Of a stretch of 64,000 nucleotides of DNA, positions 1 to 9,460 are shown in pieces. Under the pieces are notes generated by a model. It had not been told where the DNA came from and did not search any database. It worked only from the letters and a program-made list of their open reading frames with translations. Where the stretch lies: contig UQFQ01000004.1 in the NCBI GenBank assembly GCA_900540395.1, positions 23,765 to 87,764 on the forward strand. Reading direction: 5' to 3'. Source of the DNA: an uncultured Mollicutes bacterium (lineage in GTDB: Bacteria; Bacillota_I; Bacilli_A; RFN20; CAG-826). The translations under genes were made by a program, and so were the position numbers. How positions within the stretch are numbered: position 1 is the stretch's first letter; each line of letters starts with the position of its first letter.

Positions 1-580
1 TGAAAAATTAGCCGATTCATTTTCACTTTTTCCTTCAATCGGTGCAAAAACAGCGGAGCGTATGGCATACGCTCTTTTAGATATGGATGAAAATGATGTT
101 TCACTTCTTGTCAAAAACATCGAAGAAGTTAAAGAAAAAATTCATCCATGTCCAATTTGTGGAATTTTAACCGAAGAAGATAAATGTTCAATATGTGCTA
201 GCGAAGATAGAAATCATGAACATTGTATAGTTGTAGCTTATTCAAAAGATGTTTTACCTTTTGAAAAAATTGGTACATATAATGGGGTTTACCATGTTTT
301 AGGTGGATTAATAAACCCAAGTAAAAATTTAACACCTGAAAATTTAAAAATAGAAGAACTCGAAAAAAGAATTGAAGATGAGGGAATAAAAGAGTTAATT
401 ATAGCTACTAACGCTACTCCTGAAGGCGAAGTAACAGCTCTTTATCTTTCAAAAATCTTAGAAAAAAAGAATATAAATATTACAAGACTTGCTTATGGAA
501 TGCCTATTGGAGCTTCTTTTGACTATATCGATTCACTTACTTTAGATAAAGCTCTAAAAGGTCGTACAAAATTAAAATAG
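1..580 (+). CDS. recR: Recombination protein RecR, 5' partial. The reading frame is open to the window start and the upstream residues KLADSFSLFPSIGAKTAER match the RecR helix-hairpin-helix N-terminus.
   Basis: C4 zinc finger CPICGILTEEDKCSICAS and Toprim-like C-terminal half. recR-tmk-holB synteny. Confidence 0.9.
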   Translation, partial: EKLADSFSLFPSIGAKTAERMAYALLDMDENDVSLLVKNIEEVKEKIHPCPICGILTEEDKCSICASEDRNHEHCIVVAYSKDVLPFEKIGTYNGVYHVLGGLINPSKNLTPENLKIEELEKRIEDEGIKELIIATNATPEGEVTALYLSKILEKKNINITRLAYGMPIGASFDYIDSLTLDKALKGRTKLK

Positions 581-590
581 GAGAAAATTT

Positions 591-1217
591 ATGTTTATTA
601 CTTTTGAAGGTCCAGATGGTAGTGGAAAATCAACAATCATCAAAAAAGTATATGAAAAGCTCATTAATGATGGTTTTGATATTGTTTTAACTAGAGAACC
701 TGGCGGTACTCCTATTGCTGAAAAAATTAGAGATATTATTTTAGATAATTCTAATGTTGCACTTGACGCTAGAACCGAGGCTTTACTTTATGCTGCAAGC
801 AGAAGGCAACATTTAGTTGAGAAAATACGGCCTGCCTTAAAAGAAGGTAAGATTGTACTTTGTGATCGTTTTTTAGATTCCAGTCTTGCTTATCAAGGTG
901 GCGGCAGAAATTTAGGCGTTCAAAACGTTTTAAATATTAATTTATTTGCCACAGAAAACACCTACCCTGATTTAACTTTATTCTTTGATATTGATCCTGA
1001 ACTTGGATTAAAAAGAGTCAGCCAAGATAAAAAAAGAGTTGCTGATAGACTCGATAATGAAAATGAAAATTTTCATGAAAAAGTTTACTCAACATTTAAA
1101 GAAATAGTTAATACAAATAGGCAACGAATAATTACAATCGACGCTTCAAAATCTATTGAAGAAGTCACTGAATGTGCATATAAAACTATAAAAGAAAAAC
1201 TAAATGGATTACATTAA
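591..1217 (+). CDS. tmk: Thymidylate kinase
   Basis: P-loop FITFEGPDGSGKST and LTREPGGT motif. RBS GGAGAA precedes the ATG. The gene lies between recR and holB. Confidence 0.9.
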   Translation: MFITFEGPDGSGKSTIIKKVYEKLINDGFDIVLTREPGGTPIAEKIRDIILDNSNVALDARTEALLYAASRRQHLVEKIRPALKEGKIVLCDRFLDSSLAYQGGGRNLGVQNVLNINLFATENTYPDLTLFFDIDPELGLKRVSQDKKRVADRLDNENENFHEKVYSTFKEIVNTNRQRIITIDASKSIEEVTECAYKTIKEKLNGLH

Positions 1218-2172
1218 CTACTTAAAAACATATCAACCTATTCCATATCAAATTTTTGAAAATGCTTTTAAGCATCATAAAATTTTTCATGCCTATTTAC
1301 TTGTTGGTGAAAAAGGCACTCCACTTTTAAACATTGCCAAGTTTTTAGCAGCAAGTATTATTGATCCAAAAAGTTCTCCTTTTGCAGATCAAAATTCTTT
1401 AATTTTTGAACGAATTTTTAATGAAAATTATGTCGATTTGCGAGTTTTTGATTCTACAAAAGGCCAAATTAAAATTGATGAGATACGTCAGCTTGAGACT
1501 GACTTTGCAAAGACAAGTTCAGAAAAATATTCAAAAAGGGTCTACATTATTAACCTAGTAGAAAATCTTTCAATTGATGCCACTAATGCTTTATTAAAAT
1601 TTTTGGAAGAACCTCTTTCTGATACCTATGCTTTCTTAACCACTGAAAACGATAAAAGAATTCTTCCGACAGTTTTAAGTAGGGTTCAAACGGTTCATTT
1701 TTCGTTGCTCCCACAAGAAGATTTAATTCATCAAGCCTTGTCTCTTGAAGTTGATGAAAAAGAAGCCGAAATTTTATCTTTTTTCTATAACGATGCCGAA
1801 TTAATAAAAGAAAATAAAGATAACAATAAAATTAATAAAATAATTGAACTTGGTTTAAACACTCTTTCTTGTTCTTCTTATCCTGAACTACTTAATTATT
1901 TATTGAATACAGTCTTTAAAACTCTTCAAGGAAAAGAAGAATTCAGACAATTTTATGATTTACTAATTGTTATTTTTAAAGAAACAATAAAAGTTAAATA
2001 TAAAGCGCAAATAGTCCTATCAAATTATGATAAAATACTAAATAAGTTAATATCTTTAAATAACATCGAAGATAAGGTTTTGACTTTAATGGATGCCAGA
2101 AACGAGATTAATTTTAATTTAAATTTAAACTTATTAACTTATTCTACTTTTAATAAAATTTTTGGAAATTAA
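1204..2172 (+). CDS. holB: DNA polymerase III delta-prime subunit (clamp-loader AAA+ protein)
   Basis: Size, the HAYLLVGEKG degenerate Walker A, and its position after tmk. Confidence 0.75.
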   Translation: MDYINYLKTYQPIPYQIFENAFKHHKIFHAYLLVGEKGTPLLNIAKFLAASIIDPKSSPFADQNSLIFERIFNENYVDLRVFDSTKGQIKIDEIRQLETDFAKTSSEKYSKRVYIINLVENLSIDATNALLKFLEEPLSDTYAFLTTENDKRILPTVLSRVQTVHFSLLPQEDLIHQALSLEVDEKEAEILSFFYNDAELIKENKDNNKINKIIELGLNTLSCSSYPELLNYLLNTVFKTLQGKEEFRQFYDLLIVIFKETIKVKYKAQIVLSNYDKILNKLISLNNIEDKVLTLMDARNEINFNLNLNLLTYSTFNKIFGN

Positions 2173-3031
2173 TATGAAATATTGTATAAGTGTAAAATTC
2201 GACGAATCAAAGAAAAATTACTTTTTTCAAACCGAAGACGAAACTATTTCGTTAAATGATTTTGTTGTTGTTGAAACAATTGTTGGTAAAGAAGTTGGCC
2301 AAGTTGTTTCAAATAAACAAGATTTAGAAAAAATGACCTTTGAAAAAGAAATTAAGCCTATTTTAAGAAAAGCGACCAAAAAAGATCTTCAAATATTCAA
2401 AGAAAATAAAGAAAGTGCACTTAAAGCAGGCGAAATTTTTGAAAAACTAACCAAAGAATTAAACCTTGATATGAGGTTAGTCAAAAGTGAATACACTTTA
2501 GATAAAGAAAAAATTCTTTTTACCTATTTCAGCGAAGAAAGAGTAGATTTTAGAGAATTATTAAAGCGTTTAGCCTCTTTACTTAAATGTCGAATTGAAT
2601 TAAGACAAATAACAGCTAGAGAAAGAGCCGCTTTAGTTGGCGGTTATGGTGTTTGTGGATTGCCACTTTGTTGTTCATATATGTATTCCAATCAAGAAGG
2701 CATTTCTCTAAATAAAGCCAAAAATCAAATGCTTACAATTAATATCCCTAAACTAAGCGGTGTTTGTGGTAAATTGCTCTGCTGTTTAAAATATGAAGAT
2801 GATTTTTATACTGAAGCCAAAAAAGATTTTCCACCAATCAATACAACATTTAAATATAATGGTGAAGAATTTAAAGTTTCAAGTTATAACATCTTAACTA
2901 AAATTGTTAAATGTGTAAGCACTGAAAATGTTGAATTTTTGCCATTAGATGAAGTTAATAAATACGTTAAGGAAAGTGGTAAGTTTCCTCAAAAAAAGCA
3001 ACCAACAAAACCTGTAAATAAAAATGCCTAA
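2162..3031 (+). CDS. ricT: PSP1 C-terminal domain protein (YaaT/RicT-like)
   Basis: Cys-rich PSP1 motifs (GGYGVCGLPLCCSYM..GVCGKLLCCLKYE). Conserved position after holB. The true start may be the ATG at 2174. Confidence 0.8.
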   Translation: MEINMKYCISVKFDESKKNYFFQTEDETISLNDFVVVETIVGKEVGQVVSNKQDLEKMTFEKEIKPILRKATKKDLQIFKENKESALKAGEIFEKLTKELNLDMRLVKSEYTLDKEKILFTYFSEERVDFRELLKRLASLLKCRIELRQITARERAALVGGYGVCGLPLCCSYMYSNQEGISLNKAKNQMLTINIPKLSGVCGKLLCCLKYEDDFYTEAKKDFPPINTTFKYNGEEFKVSSYNILTKIVKCVSTENVEFLPLDEVNKYVKESGKFPQKKQPTKPVNKNA

Positions 3032-3842
3032 TACTTTATATCTAGTCGCTTCTCCTATCGGAAATTTAAATGATGTTTCACCAAGAGTAAAAGAGGTTTT
3101 ATCTTCTGTTTCTTTTGTTGCATGCGAAGATACAAGAAATACTTCTAAACTTTTAAGTTTAATTGGAATTTCTAAACCTTGCATTTCATGTCATGAACAT
3201 AACGAAAAAGAAGAAAGTTTAAAGATAATCAAAAAAATTCAAAATGGCGAAGATGCTGCTTATTTAAGTGATGCTGGCTATCCTTGTATTAGCGATCCAG
3301 GCTTTTTATTAACTCAGGAATGTATAAAAAATAATATCAAGGTCGTACCTATTAGCGGTCCAAATGCAGCTCTTTTAGCTTTAATTGCTAGCGGCTTAGA
3401 TACAACTCATTTCATGTTTTATAGTTTTTTAGATGCTAAAATTTCAAAAAAAGAAGCTGAAATTGCAGAGTTTTCAAAATTTCCATATACAATTTTGCTT
3501 TATGAAGCGCCTCATAGAATTAACGAAACTTTATCTTCTTTATATAAAGTTTTAGGTAATAGAAAAATTTGTATTGCTAGAGAACTAACTAAATATTATG
3601 AAGAGTTTATTCGTAGCGACCTTAAAACACTAGTCGAAGAAAATAAAGAATATAAAGGCGAACTCGTAATAGTTTTAGAAGGCAAAAAAGAAGAGAAGAA
3701 TTTTGAAATAAGTGACGAACTTTTACTTAAAGCGAAAGAATTTGAAAAACTTGGGTATTCAAAAAAAGATATCGCTTCTATTTTATCAACCTTCTATAAA
3801 GTTAATAAAAACAAAATATATAAAGAATTAATTAAGGATTAA
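3024..3842 (+). CDS. rsmI: 16S rRNA (cytidine1402-2'-O)-methyltransferase RsmI (tetrapyrrole-methylase fold)
   Basis: N-terminus LYLVASPIGNLNDVSPR..ACEDTR is typical of RsmI/YabC. It follows yaaT as in Bacillus. Confidence 0.85.
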   Translation: MPNTLYLVASPIGNLNDVSPRVKEVLSSVSFVACEDTRNTSKLLSLIGISKPCISCHEHNEKEESLKIIKKIQNGEDAAYLSDAGYPCISDPGFLLTQECIKNNIKVVPISGPNAALLALIASGLDTTHFMFYSFLDAKISKKEAEIAEFSKFPYTILLYEAPHRINETLSSLYKVLGNRKICIARELTKYYEEFIRSDLKTLVEENKEYKGELVIVLEGKKEEKNFEISDELLLKAKEFEKLGYSKKDIASILSTFYKVNKNKIYKELIKD

Positions 3843-6800
3843 TCGTTATATTTTTCAATCAAATAGTTATACTTTTTAATAATCTCTGGATTAACTTTTA
3901 ATACTTTTCGATCAAAAGTGTAAAGACCATTGTATTCAGTTTCACAATCAGCTAGTTGAGTATAAATAACTCCTTTTAATATTCCCTTATCTATAAGTTC
4001 AATAAATTTTTTATAAAGCTTTTCATAGTGAATTGTTAAATTGGCGCTTGTAAAGGAAACTGAGTGAGAGAAAAAACCTTTATATAGTGAGTGTCCTTTT
4101 ACTTTTAAACCGCGTCCACCGCATTCAGAAAGTATATAAGGTTTATTTTGCTTTTTATCTTTTCTAACTCTAGTTTGGAATATATAAGCGTGAATGGAGT
4201 AAAGGTCTCTCTTATTATTTATATACCAACCACTTGTTGAATCATAAATACGACTATCATCACATTCTTTTGCTAAATCATAAACTGCATCAGGATCGAA
4301 TTCTCCCCATCCTTCATTAAACAAGGTGTAGCAGATAATTGATGGATAATTATAAAGTTCAGTCAAAATTTCTTGAAGTTCCCATAAATACATTTTTTTC
4401 GATTTCTCGTTTTTTCGCCCAAGCTTCTCTTCATTCATCAAATTAAGTTTATTAAATAGTTTAATGTTAAATCTAGGGAAGGCAGTATTAAAGAACTTAT
4501 ATTTATATCCACCATTTGGAATATCTTGAATAACAAGCATTCCATGTTTATCACAAAGATAATAGAAGTAGTCCATTTCTACTTTTATATGTTTACGAAT
4601 CGTATTAAATCCTAAGCCTTTTAAATTTAAAATATCCTTTTCATAATCTGCATAACTGCTTGGTGTTAATGAATTAGGGTAATAATATCCTTGGTCTAAT
4701 AAACCATTTAAAATTACCTCTTTGTTATTTAAAAGCACTTTAGAACTGCCATTTTCTTCTTTAATTTCTATTTTTCTAAATCCAAAGTAGGATTTTACAA
4801 CATCCTTTTTATATCTAATTTCTACATTATATAAATAAGGATTCTTATAAGACCAAGAAATTGGATTTTCTAAAGTTATTAAATTTTCTTTATTGGTTTC
4901 TAGATTATACGCTTTGCCATCAAGGAAAATAGTCGCTTGTTCAAATCTAGTATTATTAGTCATTACAATAACGCCAACTTGATTTAAGTCGTAATGAATT
5001 TTAAACTTCACTCCTCTTATGTAGTCTTTTTCAACAACTTCCATCCAAACGTTTTTATAAATTCCACTACTTGAGCTATAAAAACAAGTTTGTGGATTTA
5101 AAACTTGTTTACCGCGACTATAATAAAGAAAATCTGTAAAGTCATGAACTTTAACTATAATCTCATTTTCTTCTTTTAAAAAAGAAGTAATATTAACTGA
5201 AGTTTTAGTATAACCGGAATCATGATAAGTAACAAAATTACCATTTATAAACAAATCAAATGTTTGATCAACGCCATCTAAATGAAGAATATAGTTTTTA
5301 TTTTTATCAAAATCATCAATTTTTAAAAATCGACGATAAACAAGCATCTCGTCTACTTCTAAAAGATGATTAATATTAGAAAAAGGAGATTCAACCGCAA
5401 ATGGAACATTTACCTTTTTATCAAAATCCTTGTCTCCACCTTTCTTAACAATTTTTAAATCCCACAAACCATTTAAATTAATAAAAGAATCTCTAACTAA
5501 GTTTGGGCGTGGATATTCTTTAAAAGATACCTGATTAACATCTCTAATTTCTTTATCTTGTTTTTTGAGAAGGTCATTAACTAGATGACCATTATTTTTT
5601 GGAAACTTCTTCGTATATTTAAAAACAAAATATAAAGGTATTAAAACAAGCATCAAAACTCCTAAGGCTACTAAATACCCATAATTTGAAGGCAAAGCGT
5701 TAGGGAAATTAAATTGATCATAATAAATTTCACCATAAGCATTATTAAGTGCGCTACCAATGAATGGTCCAATACACATTGGTAAAGCAACAACAAAAAT
5801 CATTCTTATGCCCATAAATATTCCTTCATTACCTTCAGGAATATATGATCTAATTAAGGAATTTAAAATTGCTGGAAAACTTACATAACCTAAAATCATT
5901 ATTAATCCGCTGATTGAAGCATAGATGATTTTAGCAATATCATTTTCAATATAAGGAGCAAAAAACATCATGAATAAGCCCAATGCTGTTATTAAAAGTG
6001 TTGGGATTAACATTTTAGTTTTGCCTTTTTTATCTGCTCTAAAGCCAATAAAAACACTTAAAACAGAACCAAATAGTAATGATATAGCCATAACTATTGC
6101 AAAAGGCGTTAAGAAGGAATCTCCAAGATTAGAAATCTCACATGTTCTTTCTACATAAATCATTAAATAAGGAAAATATATTTGAACCGAAACATTAAAG
6201 ATAAAATAAGCAATTAAAATGATATACAAAAGTTTATTTTTCTTTATAGTTGTAGGTTTGAATCCTTCAAGTAATAAAGAAAAATATTTCTGTTCGCTTC
6301 TTTCATCCTTCTTTTCTTTAGGGAGTAAGAATAAGGAAATGATACCAACAACAAAAACTATTCCACCAACGATATAGAAAAATAAGTCCCATCTATTTCC
6401 ATTAGCTTCCGTTGTTAAACCATTTAGCCCAACAAAAATAATAAGCATTGCAATAAGTGGAAGAACGCCTAAAACGCCTTCAACTTTTGCCCTGTTTTTG
6501 TCTTCAATATTTTTAGTTATATAAGCGTTAAAGGCTGCGTCATTACCTGTTGATCCAAAAAAGGTCATTATGCAATCAATTACAATGACCATAATGGCGG
6601 CAGTAATCGCACTCATAGAAATTGGAATAAGTTCAACAGCACCATAAACATTTAATAATCCAAATGAGGCTGTTGATATACCCCATAAAATATAGCCAAA
6701 AGAAATGAATATTTTTCTTTTTCTAAGCTTATCGCTTAATCCACCCATAAAAATGGTTGTCAAAGTTGCTGTAACTGCACTTAAAGCAGTTGTAATAGAA

Positions 6801-6991
6801 ATTAATAAATTATAATCAAACTTCTCTGAAACAGGAGCATTAAAATTCAAATAAGCTATATATGTATTTAAATACATATTTTCAATTGACCAAGCAAATT
6901 GTCCTGCTAAGCCAATTAAAATAACAATTATCCACATTCTTAAGCCAACTTTGTTGGCTTTATTCAAATTAGCTGTTTGTGCTTTCTTCAT
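3839..6991 (-). CDS. Fusion protein. The N-terminal ~480 aa form a 12-TM GPH-family (glycoside-pentoside-hexuronide) cation symporter. The C-terminal ~570 aa are glycoside hydrolase family 2 (beta-galactosidase, beta-glucuronidase or beta-mannosidase class).
   Basis: GPH signature GGLSDKLRKRKIF after TM2 and multiple hydrophobic helices. GH2 sugar-binding, immunoglobulin-like and TIM-barrel regions carry the candidate acid/base motif TLFNEGWGE and nucleophile motif ILSECGG. The likely start is the ATG at 6991, with a GGAGG RBS 9 nt upstream, rather than 7021. Confidence 0.7.
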   Translation of the reverse strand: MKKAQTANLNKANKVGLRMWIIVILIGLAGQFAWSIENMYLNTYIAYLNFNAPVSEKFDYNLLISITTALSAVTATLTTIFMGGLSDKLRKRKIFISFGYILWGISTASFGLLNVYGAVELIPISMSAITAAIMVIVIDCIMTFFGSTGNDAAFNAYITKNIEDKNRAKVEGVLGVLPLIAMLIIFVGLNGLTTEANGNRWDLFFYIVGGIVFVVGIISLFLLPKEKKDERSEQKYFSLLLEGFKPTTIKKNKLLYIILIAYFIFNVSVQIYFPYLMIYVERTCEISNLGDSFLTPFAIVMAISLLFGSVLSVFIGFRADKKGKTKMLIPTLLITALGLFMMFFAPYIENDIAKIIYASISGLIMILGYVSFPAILNSLIRSYIPEGNEGIFMGIRMIFVVALPMCIGPFIGSALNNAYGEIYYDQFNFPNALPSNYGYLVALGVLMLVLIPLYFVFKYTKKFPKNNGHLVNDLLKKQDKEIRDVNQVSFKEYPRPNLVRDSFINLNGLWDLKIVKKGGDKDFDKKVNVPFAVESPFSNINHLLEVDEMLVYRRFLKIDDFDKNKNYILHLDGVDQTFDLFINGNFVTYHDSGYTKTSVNITSFLKEENEIIVKVHDFTDFLYYSRGKQVLNPQTCFYSSSSGIYKNVWMEVVEKDYIRGVKFKIHYDLNQVGVIVMTNNTRFEQATIFLDGKAYNLETNKENLITLENPISWSYKNPYLYNVEIRYKKDVVKSYFGFRKIEIKEENGSSKVLLNNKEVILNGLLDQGYYYPNSLTPSSYADYEKDILNLKGLGFNTIRKHIKVEMDYFYYLCDKHGMLVIQDIPNGGYKYKFFNTAFPRFNIKLFNKLNLMNEEKLGRKNEKSKKMYLWELQEILTELYNYPSIICYTLFNEGWGEFDPDAVYDLAKECDDSRIYDSTSGWYINNKRDLYSIHAYIFQTRVRKDKKQNKPYILSECGGRGLKVKGHSLYKGFFSHSVSFTSANLTIHYEKLYKKFIELIDKGILKGVIYTQLADCETEYNGLYTFDRKVLKVNPEIIKKYNYLIEKYND

Positions 6992-7340
6992 TTGATAAGA
7001 CCTCCTTTTCCTCTCTTTCAAAAGGTGTAAGTCCTATAACGTCGCTGACTTTAACTGAAAAAGCAATGCCGCTACCTTTAGTATCTAAACCAACCTTTTT
7101 ATATATATTAAGCATAACGTCATCTTTTATTTCTTCATCAACTAAAATAAAAACAATTTCTTTTTCAGGTTGAATAACAATTCCAAAAAAGGTCCCAAGT
7201 TCTTTATTTCCTGTGCCATGAGCCACAAAAGTTGTTCCGCCTCTTGCTCCGCATTCCTTTGCAGCATCCATTACATCTCCAGTATAACCTTGGTTAACGA
7301 TAACAATAATTAATTCATAATTCTTTTTGTTTTCTTCCAT
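6969..7340 (-). CDS. P-II-like (GlnB superfamily) small signalling protein, paralog 2
   Basis: About 110 aa with a beta-alpha-beta ferredoxin-like pattern (ELIIVIVNQGYTGDVMDAAKECGARGGT..GTGNK). The start is taken at the ATG at 7340, preceded by AGGAGG. Translationally coupled to its neighbours. Confidence 0.6.
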   Translation of the reverse strand: MEENKKNYELIIVIVNQGYTGDVMDAAKECGARGGTTFVAHGTGNKELGTFFGIVIQPEKEIVFILVDEEIKDDVMLNIYKKVGLDTKGSGIAFSVKVSDVIGLTPFEREEKEVLSNEESTNS

Positions 7341-7761
7341 TATCGTTCCTCCTTTTATTTTCTCTAACATTAGCTAAATATTTATAAACTAAAACACCAG
7401 CTACTGAATCAATATCCATGCAGAAGCTGATTCCTTTTAATTTTTTGTTCGCCTCAAATCTAGTTTTAATAATTTCTTTTAAAGGTTCAATCTCGTCAGT
7501 TTTTACTAAAGACATAACGATATCTTTTTTAGTTTCGCCTATACCTAAAATATCATAAATATCTTTTGTGGCTGTCCCGGTTCCAAAAATTTTAAATGAA
7601 GCCGCAACTTTTTTCTTTTCAAAAGCACGAACAAAATAATCGCCTTGACCACGATCAACAATAATGACCATGATTTTCAATTTTGCTATTTCATAGTCTT
7701 TATCGTAATTTGCTGAGCCTTCTTTGACTTCTATTTCTTTCTTTTCTTTCTTAAAAAGCAT
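7315..7761 (-). CDS. P-II-like (GlnB superfamily) small protein, paralog 1, with a ~28-aa N-terminal extension
   Basis: KIMVIIVDRGQGDYFVRAFEKKKV..GTGTA pattern. Immediately downstream of the DUF1538-like membrane gene. Confidence 0.55.
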   Translation of the reverse strand: MLFKKEKKEIEVKEGSANYDKDYEIAKLKIMVIIVDRGQGDYFVRAFEKKKVAASFKIFGTGTATKDIYDILGIGETKKDIVMSLVKTDEIEPLKEIIKTRFEANKKLKGISFCMDIDSVAGVLVYKYLANVRENKRRNDNGRKQKEL

Positions 7762-7769
7762 AATTTCAC

Positions 7770-9326
7770 CTACAAATGAATAATTTGTGCATCGTTAGTT
7801 TCTTTAACTTGCTTTTGAACCATTTTGTGTCTAAGACGAATTTTAATTGTAGCTTGTAAGCCTAAAAGTTGAATGCAAATTACAGGAACAGCACTAATTA
7901 AACCAATTACACCAAATCCACTATTTTCTCCAACAATATTAGCAATGCCCATTACAAAAGGAAGAACAAAACAAGAAGACATTGTTCCACTAGCAACACC
8001 GCCAGAATCAAAAGCAATAGCTGTATAAATATCTGGAACTGCAAAAGATAAAGAAATACTTAATAAATATAAAGGCACATAATAATAAACAATTGAAAAA
8101 CTACCAAATAATTCACGAACAACCTCAAGAACAATAGCTAAAGCAACACCTAAACAAAGAGTTATTAACATCTTATATTTAGAAATTGTTCCTCCACTAA
8201 CTTCTTCGACTTGTTGATTTAAAATATGTACACCAGGTTCAACAAGAACAACAGCAAAACCAATTACGATTGCTAAAATAATTAAGAGATAATTGTAGGC
8301 TCCCCCATGTACTGGATCTCCTAAATTATTTCCTAAAGAAAAACCTACTGGAATTAAACCAAACTTTGCCGCAACCAAGAAAATCGTGAGTCCAAAGTAG
8401 GTATAAATAAAACCTAAAAGAATCTTTATAAGCTCTTTGATTGGTAATTTAATAAAAATAAATTGATAAATAATAAAGAATATAAATATAGGAACTATTG
8501 CAAGCAAAACTTCTAAACAAGTTGAACTTAAGACTTCAAAAAATGGAGTATCTACATCTATTGTATTTTTGAGTTGACTAAAATCAGTAAAACTACTTAA
8601 ACACAAGAATAGGATCATTGTGCTAATCAAGGGTCCAATAGAACAAATTCCAGTAATACCAAAGGAATCACTTGATGCGTTTTTACCACCTCTAACAGTA
8701 GCAACACCTGCTCCAAAAGTAAGCAAGAAAGGAACTGTGACTGGCCCTGTTGTTACACCGCCAGAATCAAAAGCAATCGAAATTATAGCTTCGCCGTTTT
8801 TTCCATCAAGCAAACATCCTAAAGCAAAAACTATAAAATAAAAGAAAATTAGCCATATTTTCAAGTTTTGTTGAAAGATAATTCTTAATAAGCCAATAAC
8901 TAAAAATATTCCAACGCCTAATCCTATGCAAATTTTTAATGTCCAAGGATTAATTGTAGAAGACAATAAGTCGCCTAAAACAGTCAAATCAGGTTCGGCA
9001 ATTGTTATCATTAAACCTAACAAAAAAGAAATTATAACCATGAAAAATATAGATTGTTTCTTAGTGATGCTAGAACCAATATATTGACCAACCTTGCTCA
9101 TCGATATTTCACTACCAAAAGAAAACATTGCCATTCCTAAAATCAAAAAGATAAGACATATCAAAAAGGTAATAAGCATGCTTACGGAAATGGTTTCTGA
9201 AGGCATCAAAAAAGAATATTGTAATCCAAAAATTACAATAACTATCAAAGAAATAGGCACAACACTAATGGCAGCTTCTAATAATTTTTGCCAGGCTTCT
9301 TTAAGCATATTATTATTATAATTCAA
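7770..9326 (-). CDS. DUF1538-family polytopic membrane protein made of two homologous halves
   Basis: About 14 predicted TM helices. The internal repeat AIAFDSGGVTTGPVTVPFLLTFGAGVA and AIAFDSGGVASGTMSSCFVLPFVMGIA is seen directly. Family assignment is from memory of the Pfam DUF1538 and P-II gene-neighbourhood association. Confidence 0.65.
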   Translation of the reverse strand: MNYNNNMLKEAWQKLLEAAISVVPISLIVIVIFGLQYSFLMPSETISVSMLITFLICLIFLILGMAMFSFGSEISMSKVGQYIGSSITKKQSIFFMVIISFLLGLMITIAEPDLTVLGDLLSSTINPWTLKICIGLGVGIFLVIGLLRIIFQQNLKIWLIFFYFIVFALGCLLDGKNGEAIISIAFDSGGVTTGPVTVPFLLTFGAGVATVRGGKNASSDSFGITGICSIGPLISTMILFLCLSSFTDFSQLKNTIDVDTPFFEVLSSTCLEVLLAIVPIFIFFIIYQFIFIKLPIKELIKILLGFIYTYFGLTIFLVAAKFGLIPVGFSLGNNLGDPVHGGAYNYLLIILAIVIGFAVVLVEPGVHILNQQVEEVSGGTISKYKMLITLCLGVALAIVLEVVRELFGSFSIVYYYVPLYLLSISLSFAVPDIYTAIAFDSGGVASGTMSSCFVLPFVMGIANIVGENSGFGVIGLISAVPVICIQLLGLQATIKIRLRHKMVQKQVKETNDAQIIHL

Positions 9327-9387
9327 CGAGTACTATTTTTATATAAAAAATTTATTAAATTTCTTTACAGTTTCTTTAAAATACTCA

Positions 9388-9405
9388 GCAAAACTCAATT
9401 ATTTT
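9388..9405 (+). repeat. Copy 1 of the dispersed intergenic motif GCAAAACTCAATTATTTT
   Basis: Exact 18-mer shared with 32581, 39168 and 42152 (reverse complement). Confidence 0.7.
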
Positions 9406-9424
9406 ACAAAATTTCAAAATTGTT

Positions 9425-9460
9425 AATTAAAAGAAAAAAGCGCGTTTATTTTGCGCCTTT
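9425..9460 (-). terminator. Rho-independent terminator after the RluA-family gene. It is bidirectional, with A/T runs on both sides.
   Basis: AAAAAAGCGCG-tttatttt-GCGCCTTTTTT GC-rich hairpin overlapping the stop codon. Confidence 0.5.

Noticed and set aside
5970-6158. Short ORFs antisense to or embedded in long genes. Examples: 2945-3184, 5970-6158, 6979-7173, 8620-8841, 9094-9321, 12611-12841, 17304-17825, 21348-21548, 24605-24826, 25074-26516 group, 27805-28114, 28291-28506, 37756-38085, 39703-39897, 40880-41578 group, 42865-43122, 44141-44473, 45201-46276 group, 48198-48380, 51914-52429, 53229-53555, 54640-54843, 58281-58568, 60025-60369, 61739-61930, 62529-63471 group.
   Set aside because: They overlap well-supported conserved genes on the other strand or in another frame. 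They have no RBS and their composition is typical of AT-rich frame artefacts.
6969-7761. Overlaps between ORFs 3839-7021, 6969-7370 and 7315-7761 that could indicate frameshifts or a pseudogene.
   Set aside because: Each downstream gene has an internal ATG with a good Shine-Dalgarno (6991 and 7340) that removes the overlap. The arrangement is ordinary translational coupling.
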